A stretch of 64,000 nt of DNA, from positions 16,203 to 80,202 of the IMG/VR virus record IMGVR_UViG_3300028388_003330; one strand, 5' to 3'. This DNA comes from a virus. The position numbers were made by a program, and so were the translations under genes. The notes beneath the pieces are model-generated. The model was not told the DNA's origin. It did not search any database and saw only the letters and a list, made by a program, of their open reading frames with translations. Each line of letters opens with the position of its first letter. Positions within the stretch are counted from its first letter, which is position 1. This document shows, piece after piece, positions 47,999-57,007 of this stretch.

Positions 47999-49078
47999 TT
48001 AACTACCGACGTATTCGAAGCCAGCGGTCATTCGACCTACAGACTGACCAGTAATTTTTCCGTTAGCGCCCTTCTTTCCAACCATGCTGGGTGATCGGGT
48101 CAAGCGCCAGTTAGGATTCTTCATTCGAGAATGGAAAAAGGCGGGATGACTTGTCACGCTCGTATACCGTTTGCCAAGTGATTTGTAATAGCTGGCAATG
48201 GCGTCGCTCATCTTGTTGCCAATTCCGATTCCCTGATAGTCCGGCAAAACAACAGTTCGATGCTCTCTCCAGAGGTTTTTAACCTTGTCGTGAGGCTGAT
48301 AAATCGCTGCCGTAAAGCAAACCGGTTCATCTTCAAGAAAACCGACGTAGCAATGCGACGAACTATTCAGTTCGGCGCTCATATAGTGATGACCTTTGAA
48401 AATTCGCCACGCCGAGTGATGAACTCTGCGTATTTCGAGGTGGATTTCCGGTCTTCGAAGTCGCCCCCTAGTCCACTCAAAACTGTTGGTATCAACTTGA
48501 TACACCCAGTCGGGACGAAGCCATTCGATAATGTCGAAATGGCAGGACACGGCGACAAACTGCTTGTCGGTTTTTCGAATGTATTTCTGCACAGCTTCGC
48601 TGCCATATCTGGCGGCATTACGGTCCACAACCGATGTAAACTCGTCCATGACAATCAATTCCTTTTCAGGGTCACAAAGCAATCGTGCAACCTCGGAACG
48701 GAACTGCTGGCCGTTGCTAAGCAGGTGAAAGGGGTTCATCCAAGCCATTGGCGAAGAAAATCCGACGTGAGACAGGGCTTGAGTGATGTCTGCGGCGCTC
48801 ATGCCTTTGGGAAAATCATCGACGACGTGCTCTCCGGGCCACTCATAGCCCGTGTGATAGTTTTCCGAACCGAAGATGCGCTTCGCCAGCGTGGTCTTCC
48901 CAGAGCCGCTTGGACCGACGATCAGACCTATCTGCCACTCCTGTTCCTCAATCGGAATGTCCACTTCCCAAGATCGTTCGATTCGGTCATCAATGGGAAT
49001 GTCGAACATTCCCATCACCTTGTCGGATCGGAACGTGGGCTTATATTCATGAGAAACGGTATGCGTAAACTTAGGCAC
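47999..49078 (-). CDS. ABC-type ATPase fused to a GNAT/Mom-like acetyltransferase
   Basis: GPSGSGKTT, LSNGQ and VMDEFTS motifs, then F..HHY and R.VVLPDYQGIGIG acetyl-CoA motif. Confidence 0.85.
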   Translation of the reverse strand: MPKFTHTVSHEYKPTFRSDKVMGMFDIPIDDRIERSWEVDIPIEEQEWQIGLIVGPSGSGKTTLAKRIFGSENYHTGYEWPGEHVVDDFPKGMSAADITQALSHVGFSSPMAWMNPFHLLSNGQQFRSEVARLLCDPEKELIVMDEFTSVVDRNAARYGSEAVQKYIRKTDKQFVAVSCHFDIIEWLRPDWVYQVDTNSFEWTRGRLRRPEIHLEIRRVHHSAWRIFKGHHYMSAELNSSSHCYVGFLEDEPVCFTAAIYQPHDKVKNLWREHRTVVLPDYQGIGIGNKMSDAIASYYKSLGKRYTSVTSHPAFFHSRMKNPNWRLTRSPSMVGKKGANGKITGQSVGRMTAGFEYVGS

Positions 49079-49086
49079 AACTCACC

Positions 49087-49686
49087 TCACATCGACAGCA
49101 CGCGGCACTTATAACCTTTCTCAGAAAGCATGCTGTAGACGGTTTCTTGGTCTTCTTCTGATTCGCACTCAACAACCACTTGAAAGGCTTGTGAGTAATT
49201 TGCCTCTTTAGGCTCCCGATTCGTTGCTAGCTCATCAGATGAGTCACCAACGCCATCAAGATCGATGTCATCCAAAGGCAAAAGATCGTCGTCAGAAACC
49301 TCAAGCTTGATTTCGTCAGGGTCAAAACCAAGACTTTCGAACGTGTAGTCGCTGGATTTGAAAAGCGTGCTCAATTCACGCGCCAGAAGCTCTGAGTCGA
49401 TCTCTCCCAGCGCCACGCGATTATCTGCTAGTCGTGCTGCTCTTACCTGATCGTCGCTTAGATCGCTTCTCACAAGCACTGGCACTTCATCCATGCCAAG
49501 CTGCATTGCGGCTAGCCTGCGACCGTGACCTTTAATGATTACGCCGTCTTTATCAACGACGATTGGCTGATCCCAACCAAAGTTCTTAATCGACTGGGCG
49601 ATTTTGTCGATCTGACCCGGCGTATGGAGCTTCGGATTATTCTCGTAAGGTTTCAGGTCAAATATTGACCACGCTTCAAGCATCAT
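49087..49686 (-). CDS. ParB/Srx-like N-terminal domain protein
   Basis: LKPYENNP, SI..FGW.QPIVVD, GHGR..AA and RLADNR motifs. Confidence 0.85.
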   Translation of the reverse strand: MMLEAWSIFDLKPYENNPKLHTPGQIDKIAQSIKNFGWDQPIVVDKDGVIIKGHGRRLAAMQLGMDEVPVLVRSDLSDDQVRAARLADNRVALGEIDSELLARELSTLFKSSDYTFESLGFDPDEIKLEVSDDDLLPLDDIDLDGVGDSSDELATNREPKEANYSQAFQVVVECESEEDQETVYSMLSEKGYKCRVLSM

Positions 49687-49831
49687 CGGGAAAATCCTCT
49701 ACCGAGTCGTCATCGAAATCCAAAAGGTCATATTCGTCCTTTGGTTCAAAAAACTCACCGTCATCACACTCATCGCAAATACGATCTTCGTGCTGGTTGA
49801 TGCAGTCTACACAGTCGGGAAACTTGATCAT
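49676..49831 (-). CDS. 51-aa acidic CxxC/CxxC protein (absent from ORF track)
   Basis: MIKFPDCVDCINQHEDRICDECDDGEFFEPKDEYDLLDFDDDSVEDFPDDA. ATGA overlap with the upstream gene and GGGG RBS-like site. Confidence 0.6.
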   Translation of the reverse strand: MIKFPDCVDCINQHEDRICDECDDGEFFEPKDEYDLLDFDDDSVEDFPDDA

Positions 49832-50487
49832 TTTTCGCCCCATTCTTTAAACATTTGCACCAAAGCATCACCGGCTCTCTCAAGAGAGTCAGTGCTATCA
49901 AAACCTTGTTGGTTGATAATATTTTCAATAGCGTCGGTGATTAGATGAGCATCATCTACCGGCACTTTGAAACGAATAATCTGATGCGTTTGAAGAGGGC
50001 GCTCGGTTGGATCTTTTTCAGGTATTTCTTCTTCTGAGTCTTCAATTTCCAACTCTGATAGATCAATATCTATCGACGCGAAAATCGAATTCATTTCGGC
50101 ATCTGAATATGGCAAAAACGAAAGATCGGTTTCTCCAAGGCTTTCTAGGAGTTCAGCGAGCGCCAAAGTGTCGTCTGCCCCATACCTTCCGTTATCTACT
50201 AAACCAATTTCTTTGGCTTTTACGTCGTCAATGAACCCAACATTGATAATTGGCACCTCAGACATTTTCCGCTTGAGCGCCAATTCAACGCGATGCTGCC
50301 CACCGAGGATTTCCATTGAGCCGTCGCCCAGCGTTCGAACCAGAATTGGCTTGAACATTCCGAGCTTTTCTATTGATGCCTCAAGCTTTTTCTGGTTTTC
50401 GGGGGTAACCCTGTTAGTGTTCCAAGGGTTTGGCTTGAGCAATGAGGGCTCAACGTATTCAAATTGAAGGTTTTGTTGGTTCACCAA
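49828..50487 (-). CDS. ParB/Srx-like protein
   Basis: LKPNPWN.N, L..SI...G..KPILVR, GGQHR and DN.RYG motifs. Confidence 0.85.
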   Translation of the reverse strand: MVNQQNLQFEYVEPSLLKPNPWNTNRVTPENQKKLEASIEKLGMFKPILVRTLGDGSMEILGGQHRVELALKRKMSEVPIINVGFIDDVKAKEIGLVDNGRYGADDTLALAELLESLGETDLSFLPYSDAEMNSIFASIDIDLSELEIEDSEEEIPEKDPTERPLQTHQIIRFKVPVDDAHLITDAIENIINQQGFDSTDSLERAGDALVQMFKEWGEK

Positions 50488-50556
50488 GAAGCCTTATGGG
50501 TGCTAGTATAAGTAAGCCGTGAGTTATTCTGCCGCAATTATAAGAATGAGGTCAAG

Positions 50557-52257
50557 ATGACTTCCCAAGTGATTCAAATCGCACATAACGCCGTTACCGC
50601 TAAGGTGTACAACGCCCCACGCGACATTCGTCTCCAAATCGGCACTTGGCTGTCGTACAGAATCTTCGGCGCCGAACACACAGATGCGTATAAGGCGGGT
50701 CGCTGGGACGGACGAAGCACCTTCTTTGACTTCAAAACGGATAAGTTCCCGGCTGGCTTCGTAAATTTCATCTACGAAGGGCTTGTCAACCAGGGGCATA
50801 CGGTCCAACTGGTCAGAAAACCATTGCCGGAGCCACTCGGTAACAAAAAACCGGTTGTGGATAACTTTCCGGATGATCCTCGATACGACTATCAGCAGGA
50901 ATGCGTGGATAACCTATTGAAATACGGGCAAATGATCGCTCAGATCGCTACAGGAGGCGGAAAATCACGAATCGCTCGAATGGCGTACAAGCGGATCGCC
51001 CGCCCTACCCTATTCCTGACGACACGATCTGTGCTGATGTACCAGATGAAGGATAACTTTGAGAAAAACCTAAAAAACGAATCCAAAGCGGGGGTAATGG
51101 GTGATTCCGAATGGTCTCCCAATAATCATTTCAACGTAGGAATGATCCAAACCCTCTCCCAGAGAATTGAGAAGAAAAACGTCATCAAAGAGGTCGAGCG
51201 CTATTTCGAGGCCCTTAAAAACGCCGAAGACAAGGAAATCGACCAGCTTAAGCGCCGTCAGGTCAAGAACAAGGTTCCCCCGATGCAGCGCCGTGAGGAA
51301 CTGAACAAGCTCAAAGCCAAGCTGAAAGCAAAGCGACCGTCCGCAAAACTGATTAGCGAAGAGATGGCTAAGAAGGTCACCGAGCACAACAAACGACGGA
51401 TTGAGGTGCTTAAGACTCTCGAAATCTTTGAGCTGGTGATACTGGAAGAGGCTCATGAATCAGGCGGAAAGGGTTACTACGAGGTTCTTAAGCACTGTAA
51501 GAACGCCAACTACCGATTAGCGCTAACCGCAACTCCTTTTATGAAGGAGGACGAAGAAGCGAACATGCGTCTGATGGCCTGTTCCGGCCCTATTGGGATT
51601 CAAGTCTCTGAGAAGATGCTGATTGAACGCGGAATTTTGGCAAAACCCTATTTCAAGTTCATCCAAACGCCCAATCCTGGGAACGTTCTGCGCTCAGAGG
51701 GCTGGGCCTCCGCATACAAGGATGGCATTGTAGAAAACGTCGAACGCAATAGGTTGATACTCAGCGAAGCGATGGTCGCAAAATCTATTAACCAGCCGTG
51801 CATGATCCTTGTGCAACACAAAGCACACGGAAAAAAGCTCGAAAAAATGTGCCGCGATGCAAAACTTCGTGCAAAATTCATCTTTGGTGAGAGCAATAAG
51901 AAAGAACGCCAGGCTGCTCTAGATCAATTAGGTTCTAATAAATTAGATGTCGTCATTGGCTCCACTATTCTGGATATGGGCGTTGATGTCCCTGCGGTCG
52001 GTGTGGTAATCCTTGCTGGAGGTGGAAAAGCGGAAGTGAACCATCGTCAGCGGATCGGCAGAGGGTTAAGAGAGAAGAAAAAAGGCCCAAACGTGGCTTA
52101 CATCGTTGATTTCAATGACCGTTTCAACAACAAATTGGCCGCCCACTCTCTGCAAAGGCGTCAAATCATCGAAGACACACCAGGATTCGCGGAAAACATT
52201 TTAAAGCCTTTTTGCGATGATTTAAAAAGTCATTACGAATCTTTAACGGCAAAATAA
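50557..52257 (+). CDS. SF2 (DEAD/DEAH-like) helicase
   Basis: YQQE, ATGGGKS, LEEAH, LTATP, GVDVP and QRIGRGLR motifs. Confidence 0.92.
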   Translation: MTSQVIQIAHNAVTAKVYNAPRDIRLQIGTWLSYRIFGAEHTDAYKAGRWDGRSTFFDFKTDKFPAGFVNFIYEGLVNQGHTVQLVRKPLPEPLGNKKPVVDNFPDDPRYDYQQECVDNLLKYGQMIAQIATGGGKSRIARMAYKRIARPTLFLTTRSVLMYQMKDNFEKNLKNESKAGVMGDSEWSPNNHFNVGMIQTLSQRIEKKNVIKEVERYFEALKNAEDKEIDQLKRRQVKNKVPPMQRREELNKLKAKLKAKRPSAKLISEEMAKKVTEHNKRRIEVLKTLEIFELVILEEAHESGGKGYYEVLKHCKNANYRLALTATPFMKEDEEANMRLMACSGPIGIQVSEKMLIERGILAKPYFKFIQTPNPGNVLRSEGWASAYKDGIVENVERNRLILSEAMVAKSINQPCMILVQHKAHGKKLEKMCRDAKLRAKFIFGESNKKERQAALDQLGSNKLDVVIGSTILDMGVDVPAVGVVILAGGGKAEVNHRQRIGRGLREKKKGPNVAYIVDFNDRFNNKLAAHSLQRRQIIEDTPGFAENILKPFCDDLKSHYESLTAK

Positions 52258-52325
52258 CGGCAAATTACTTGCTTTCTGCATTTTTTTGCTAAAATATTAA
52301 TGCAGGACATTACAGGAGCGGATCA

Positions 52326-52580
52326 ATGGCTGTAAAAAGAGTCACTTTCCCCATCACCGAAGAACGGCACGCCGAGCTGAAGTCGATTGCCAAAAGTCAT
52401 GGCGTGAATTTCGTCGATATGATGAGCGACATCGTCAACCAGCTTCCGCTAGAAGACCCAATAATGAGTCAGATACTCGACAACGTTACCCGAGCGAAGA
52501 AGCATCGGCAGCAACTTGCCGAAAAACTCACCGAAACCTATTCAGAGGCAGAACTGGAACGAATCCTTAAGGGGCTGTAA
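52326..52580 (+). CDS. Ribbon-helix-helix DNA-binding protein
   Basis: KRVTFPITEERHAELK.IA...GV pattern. RBS AGGAG. Confidence 0.6.
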   Translation: MAVKRVTFPITEERHAELKSIAKSHGVNFVDMMSDIVNQLPLEDPIMSQILDNVTRAKKHRQQLAEKLTETYSEAELERILKGL

Positions 52581-52583
52581 TTA

Positions 52584-52730
52584 ATGACACTGTTGATCGC
52601 CTTTCTTTTGCTTTACATCGTAGACGCTAACGTTTGGGCCTATTTCGGAACGTTTGCTCTTTGGATTTTTCACCTTTGGGTCAATAGGTCGTTTGCTCTT
52701 TGGATTTTTCATCTTTTGGTCAATAAGTAA
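52584..52730 (+). CDS. 48-aa membrane peptide with a 13-aa tandem duplication
   Basis: FALWIFHL(W/L)VN twice, from a 39-bp tandem repeat at 52651-52728. Confidence 0.4.
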   Translation: MTLLIAFLLLYIVDANVWAYFGTFALWIFHLWVNRSFALWIFHLLVNK

Positions 52731-52740
52731 GGAGTGATTG

Positions 52741-52956
52741 ATGCCTAAAGAAGCAACCACGCCCGGCAGTATGAATTACTTCGCAAAACTCACCGAAGAA
52801 GACGTTATGTTGATTCGGGAATTGATAAAAGAACGTGAAGAGGCCCGTAAAAAAGCCAGTTCACTCTCCAATAAAAAAATTGCCGAAAAATTCGAGGTTT
52901 CCCAATGGACGATCAATTTGATAAGCGCCGGTAGAACGTGGACGCATGTATTCTGA
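52741..52956 (+). CDS. Small HTH protein
   Basis: AKLTEEDV..IR...IAEKF.VS..TI..I..GRTW.HV pattern. Confidence 0.7.
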   Translation: MPKEATTPGSMNYFAKLTEEDVMLIRELIKEREEARKKASSLSNKKIAEKFEVSQWTINLISAGRTWTHVF

Positions 52957-53165
52957 TGAATACAAGTAATTCACGAAATGATCATCAGGATGTGGTGATC
53001 TCAAATCTCACCAATCAGGTGTCCAGACTCCAACACGCGCTCAATGAAGCTCTGCGCGTTGCGGCTGAATATAACGGCACCTGTATTCAGTTACGAGATG
53101 AGGTTAAAGCGCTCAAAGCCAAGCTGGAAGAGTGCAGCCCGGTAAACAACACAGGTAACGAATGA
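52956..53165 (+). CDS. Coiled-coil hypothetical protein
   Basis: Start MNTSN chosen for its TGATG overlap. Confidence 0.5.
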   Translation: MNTSNSRNDHQDVVISNLTNQVSRLQHALNEALRVAAEYNGTCIQLRDEVKALKAKLEECSPVNNTGNE

Positions 53166-53422
53166 TGGCTTACGACCGAATGAGTGAACTGTCTGAAGAA
53201 ATTCGTAAATTGCGGGAGCTTATAGAATTTCTTCCAAATGAAACCGAAGAACCGCCAGTCGATTACGACGAATGTCTCGAAAAGGCCAGACGCTACGACT
53301 GGTTGAAGAAGTGGATGGTTAGAAGTTACGGGTTCTGGTATGTGGACATGATTCTTGAAGCCGATGGCCCTGTTGATCTGGATACCGCTATCGACATTCA
53401 AATGCAAAAGGAAAAAGAGTAA
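53162..53422 (+). CDS. Small protein of the (D/K)AxRYxWL family
   Basis: KARRYDWLK...LDTAID. Confidence 0.6.
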   Translation: MMAYDRMSELSEEIRKLRELIEFLPNETEEPPVDYDECLEKARRYDWLKKWMVRSYGFWYVDMILEADGPVDLDTAIDIQMQKEKE

Positions 53423-53565
53423 TGGCGTGTTGGTTCATACTAATTCCGTTATTGGCAATCGCTATTGCGCTTATTTATTGGGTTTATAAACGAACCAAGA
53501 CCCTAGAAACGCATATGGATAACTTGGACTCCCTTTTTAAGGAAGTATTCAAGGTGCATGACTAA
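53422..53565 (+). CDS. 47-aa membrane peptide
   Basis: TAATG overlap and a hydrophobic N-terminal helix. Confidence 0.4.
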   Translation: MACWFILIPLLAIAIALIYWVYKRTKTLETHMDNLDSLFKEVFKVHD

Positions 53566-53578
53566 AGTTAAAATTAAT

Positions 53579-53654
53579 GCCCTCATAGCTCAACTGGTAG
53601 AGCAACGCACTTGTAATGCGTAGGTTGTGGGTTCAAGTCCTACTGGGGGCTCCA
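53579..53654 (+). tRNA. tRNA-Thr(UGU)
   Basis: GCCCTCA/TGGGGGC acceptor stem, anticodon arm ACGCA-CTTGTAA-TGCGT, GTTCAAG T-loop and encoded CCA. Length 76 nt. Confidence 0.95.
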
Positions 53655-53688
53655 CTATTCAATCACCTCAATCAAAAGGTATACATCC

Positions 53689-54489
53689 ATGGCTGAATTT
53701 CTCGTTAAAGCGATTGACACCACGCACTCAAATCCAATCATCAACGAACAAGGGTGTTTTAAGAAGGGCGATATTGTTCAAGTTCAACCCAACAATCATC
53801 AATGGGGTGAAGCAGAAGGTTTACCCTCTTTTGTCATCGTTAAGGTGCCAGAGCTTGATCATAATCTTGTTCTGAATCGCATGAACAAGTGGGAAAAAAC
53901 CGTCAGTGTGAACGTGATTCAATCAGATCCCGTTCTTGACGCCGCCAGGGTGAGTGTGTCGGTTGATTTGCCCGGTGCAAGCAACAAGTACGCCATCACA
54001 CTGGAACAAATTCAGACATGGTTGAAAAAATGGGGCGCAACCATTTATTCCGCTGCTGAAAACGAAATTATTTTCGATATCAAAGTCAAAGACGCCTACA
54101 TGTCTGAAGGCTTCTGGAATCGAAACCCCGCCGCTTACAATATTTCAATAACCGAAATTGATTACGACCAAGAAACCTACACGCATACAGCAGAAATCGA
54201 CGTGTTTTCTTCTCAGGTGTATTTTGGCGAAATTGAACGCATCGTTTCAGTCAAAGGCGGTACCGTTGTAAACATTTACGATGACCTTATTACCGTCAAA
54301 TTCACTCGGTATGAAATCAGAACCGCCTTCGCAGAGGATCTACGCAACCTCATGAAAGGAATTATTCGCCGCCGCCGCTATAAGTTTACCGAAGAAGACG
54401 TAGATACAGCAGTAGGTATGGGCGGTGTGGTTGAGCTGACCACCGAACAACTCGCTACACATCTAATCGACAAAGCCAACGAATCATAA
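53689..54489 (+). CDS. Paralog of fibre-associated protein 8103..8897
   Basis: Colinear over the full length (MAEFL.KAID, GC.KKGDIV, FVIVKVP, WL.KWGA, DAY.SEGFW, GMGGV.E.T). Confidence 0.8.
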   Translation: MAEFLVKAIDTTHSNPIINEQGCFKKGDIVQVQPNNHQWGEAEGLPSFVIVKVPELDHNLVLNRMNKWEKTVSVNVIQSDPVLDAARVSVSVDLPGASNKYAITLEQIQTWLKKWGATIYSAAENEIIFDIKVKDAYMSEGFWNRNPAAYNISITEIDYDQETYTHTAEIDVFSSQVYFGEIERIVSVKGGTVVNIYDDLITVKFTRYEIRTAFAEDLRNLMKGIIRRRRYKFTEEDVDTAVGMGGVVELTTEQLATHLIDKANES

Positions 54490-54516
54490 ACATCCCTATT
54501 ACAGGAGGGAGAACAA

Positions 54517-55083
54517 ATGGGTGACCGTGAATGGTCAGAAATTGTCACTCGCTTGCGTCGCGAGCGTGACGAAGCCAGAGCCGAGTGCGAAGAGCAGGCC
54601 CGCTTGTTGGGTATGTCGGCCGAGCGTGAGGTCAGCCTTCGCGCCGAGAACGAACGCCTCCACCAGATAGAGGCGAGCGTGGATGTTGTGACTGCTGACT
54701 GGGCTCAGCGATGTCAGGAGCTTGAGCGGTTGCTCGCCGAGCGCGTTGACGACCACACCGCAGACCTTACGCGTATCACTCGCGAGCGCGACGAGGCAGA
54801 AAGGCATTTAGCGTCCCTGCAAAACAGATTCGCACAAGTGACAACCGAGAACGAGCGGTTGCAAAAAGCTAACAACGAACTGCGACATGGAATACTCGAC
54901 CACACCAACACGACGTTGATTGATAACGATGTGTTTTTATCAATCGCACAAGACGCAGAGCGGTATTGGTGGCTGAAACGGCAACAATATGTCACTTGGG
55001 CGCAACACGGGTACGGACTTGGACCAGGCGCAAGAGGCCATAAACTTGATGTCGTCATCGACGCGGCGCGGGAGGGTGAGTAA
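54517..55083 (+). CDS. Modular coiled-coil protein (DAERYxWL family)
   Basis: RERDE, LRAENERL, DAERYWWL and LDVVIDAAREGE blocks. Confidence 0.7.
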   Translation: MGDREWSEIVTRLRRERDEARAECEEQARLLGMSAEREVSLRAENERLHQIEASVDVVTADWAQRCQELERLLAERVDDHTADLTRITRERDEAERHLASLQNRFAQVTTENERLQKANNELRHGILDHTNTTLIDNDVFLSIAQDAERYWWLKRQQYVTWAQHGYGLGPGARGHKLDVVIDAAREGE

Positions 55084-55601
55084 TGGCAAATGGATTCGGT
55101 GAATGTAGCAGCCTTTGCGACTGCGTGTGTGCAGTTTCTCCGGACGGCAACTGCTTGGCTCTAGCCGAACTCCGCGCCGAGATTAAGCGACTCACCTTAG
55201 AGCGCGACGCTATAGAACGCCACGCGGCAAACGTCATATGGGACCTAGAGCGCGAGCGCGACCAACTTCGCGCCGAAAACGAGCGGCTGAGAGGAGAAGA
55301 CAATTATGTTCACACGCAGGACGTGATTGACGAGCTTGTTCGTGAGCGCGACCAACTTCGCGCCGAGAACGAGCGGTTGCGTGTAGATGTCGAACGACTC
55401 CGTAATGTGGATAGGCTCTACATGAAGGCGGAGGGTGTAATTGCGCACCTTGAGTCCGAGCGTGACGACCTGTTGTTGGACGCAGAGCGGTATCGGTGGC
55501 TAAGACAAAGCCGTGGACCTGCGTCACCGATTGGTGAAATTTGGAGGTATAGCGCAAAGGAACTTGATGTCGTCATCGACGCGGCGCGGGAGGGTGAGTA
55601 A
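55083..55601 (+). CDS. Modular coiled-coil protein (DAERYRWL family)
   Basis: Same blocks as 54517..55083, with a Cys-rich N-terminus. Confidence 0.7.
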   Translation: MANGFGECSSLCDCVCAVSPDGNCLALAELRAEIKRLTLERDAIERHAANVIWDLERERDQLRAENERLRGEDNYVHTQDVIDELVRERDQLRAENERLRVDVERLRNVDRLYMKAEGVIAHLESERDDLLLDAERYRWLRQSRGPASPIGEIWRYSAKELDVVIDAAREGE

Positions 55602-55771
55602 TGGAAATAGACAGCGCAGCAGTGTTCCGAGTAGCAGAGCTACATCGGGAGATCGCGGAACTCCGCGCCGAAAACGAAGAACTGCGCGGTGTTGTTTACA
55701 AGATCGTAGACCGTATCGTCCCTATGACGCCTGTCGTGTTGGCGGCGTTAAAAATGCGGGAGGGTGAGTAA
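55601..55771 (+). CDS. 56-aa array member (absent from ORF track)
   Basis: MEIDSAAVFRVAELHREIAELRAENEELRG...MREGE, with TAATG overlaps on both sides. Confidence 0.65.
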   Translation: MEIDSAAVFRVAELHREIAELRAENEELRGVVYKIVDRIVPMTPVVLAALKMREGE

Positions 55772-56055
55772 TGCCAATTTTAATGGACTCCGACGAAAAC
55801 CCCATTGAAGTCACCGATGGTGGAGCGGCTGAAATATTTCGCCTCCGCGCCGAGAACGAACGGCTGCGCGAAACAAACGACGCCATCAAGCGTGTTACGA
55901 AAGAATGGCGCGTTGATGCAGAGCGGTATCGGTGGCTCAAAACCTTTGCCCTTTACCAAAATGGTCATAACGCAGGCATCCAGTTTTTCTGGCCGCAAAC
56001 CACATACGAACTAGATGCCGACGCCGCTATTGATGCAGCACAGGAGAAAAAGTGA
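55771..56055 (+). CDS. Modular coiled-coil protein (DAERYRWL family)
   Basis: LRAENERL, DAERYRWL and DAAIDAA blocks. Confidence 0.65.
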   Translation: MPILMDSDENPIEVTDGGAAEIFRLRAENERLRETNDAIKRVTKEWRVDAERYRWLKTFALYQNGHNAGIQFFWPQTTYELDADAAIDAAQEKK

Positions 56056-56243
56056 TGGACGGTACCAACATGACGCCACATCAAATCGTCAGGGCGCAAC
56101 AGCGAGAGATTGCACAACTCACCCGCGAGCGCGACGAATTGCTGCGGGAGATTGGCTGGCTACAGGAAAGGTTGGAAACAGTAGGGAAGACTCTGACAGC
56201 GATTGAGCGCACGGCGCATGACGCACTGTGGGAGGGCGAGTGA
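56055..56243 (+). CDS. Small coiled-coil array member
   Basis: LTRERDE block and EGE end. Confidence 0.6.
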   Translation: MDGTNMTPHQIVRAQQREIAQLTRERDELLREIGWLQERLETVGKTLTAIERTAHDALWEGE

Positions 56244-56488
56244 TGGACAGGTTCCTTGTTGACTACAAGCGCAAGCTGATTAGGAGAGAAAAAATGATCG
56301 AACCAACGTGGGTTTGCAAAGAATGTGGCGAGAAGTGCCGTGCCGTGGAGGTTACGTTTGACTACGCCGGTACCCACTGCACACATGGTCAACGTGGTAC
56401 CCATCATACGGGTACCTATGTCAGTGACTGCTGCGGTACCGACTTTGCAGAATATGATCCGGAGGAAGCAGATGCCGAGTTATCGTGA
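56243..56488 (+). CDS. Small Cys/His zinc-finger-like protein
   Basis: CKECGEKC..HCTH..SDCC. Alternative start at 56294 with its own RBS. Confidence 0.55.
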   Translation: MDRFLVDYKRKLIRREKMIEPTWVCKECGEKCRAVEVTFDYAGTHCTHGQRGTHHTGTYVSDCCGTDFAEYDPEEADAELS

Positions 56489-56759
56489 TTTGGGTCGGAT
56501 CTTGGAAGCAGCAAAAGAGGATATTTGGCGCCTAACCCGCGAGCGCGACGAAGCACGGGCAGAGGTTGAGCAGCTCAACTTGGAATGTAACGCTCTCGCC
56601 CATCAGCTTAACCGCTGCAACGAACGCGGCGGGCAGATGCGCCGCCTGTTGGTTTGGGCTGAGGCGTTGATCCGCAGCCTGAGCGGCTGGCCGGAAACGC
56701 ACCCGAATGAAGTGGTCGAGTGGAAAGAAGATTGGCGCAAGGTGAGGGAGGGTGAGTGA
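56472..56759 (+). CDS. Coiled-coil array member
   Basis: RBS GGAGG before MPSYRD, LTRERDEARAE block and REGE end. Confidence 0.6.
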   Translation: MPSYRDLGRILEAAKEDIWRLTRERDEARAEVEQLNLECNALAHQLNRCNERGGQMRRLLVWAEALIRSLSGWPETHPNEVVEWKEDWRKVREGE

Positions 56760-57007
56760 TGTACGAAAACACAATTGATTTCGACGACGATCAATCCGGA
56801 TCGCAAGGCGGGTATACCCGGCACGGGAACTTTATACCTGCTGACGCAATGGTAGAGATCGTGGATCTTCGCGCAGAAAACGAGCGCCTGCGTGACCTGA
56901 TTAAGGACATGAGCCGCGCCATTGATTGCCTGTCCACCGGGACACCTTTACGTGACCTTGATGAGATTTTGTTGCGGGTTTGGAAAGTGCAAGGGGAGGG
57001 TGAGTGA
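56759..57007 (+). CDS. Coiled-coil array member
   Basis: LRAENERL block and EGE end. Confidence 0.6.
   Translation: MYENTIDFDDDQSGSQGGYTRHGNFIPADAMVEIVDLRAENERLRDLIKDMSRAIDCLSTGTPLRDLDEILLRVWKVQGEGE

Noticed and set aside
49087-50487. parABS partition operon
   Set aside because: There is no ParA or deviant Walker A gene. The neighbouring ATPase is ABC-type and fused to a GNAT.
53579-53654. tRNA as a prophage attachment site
   Set aside because: Phage genes continue on both sides, and I saw no integrase or duplicated tRNA 3' end.
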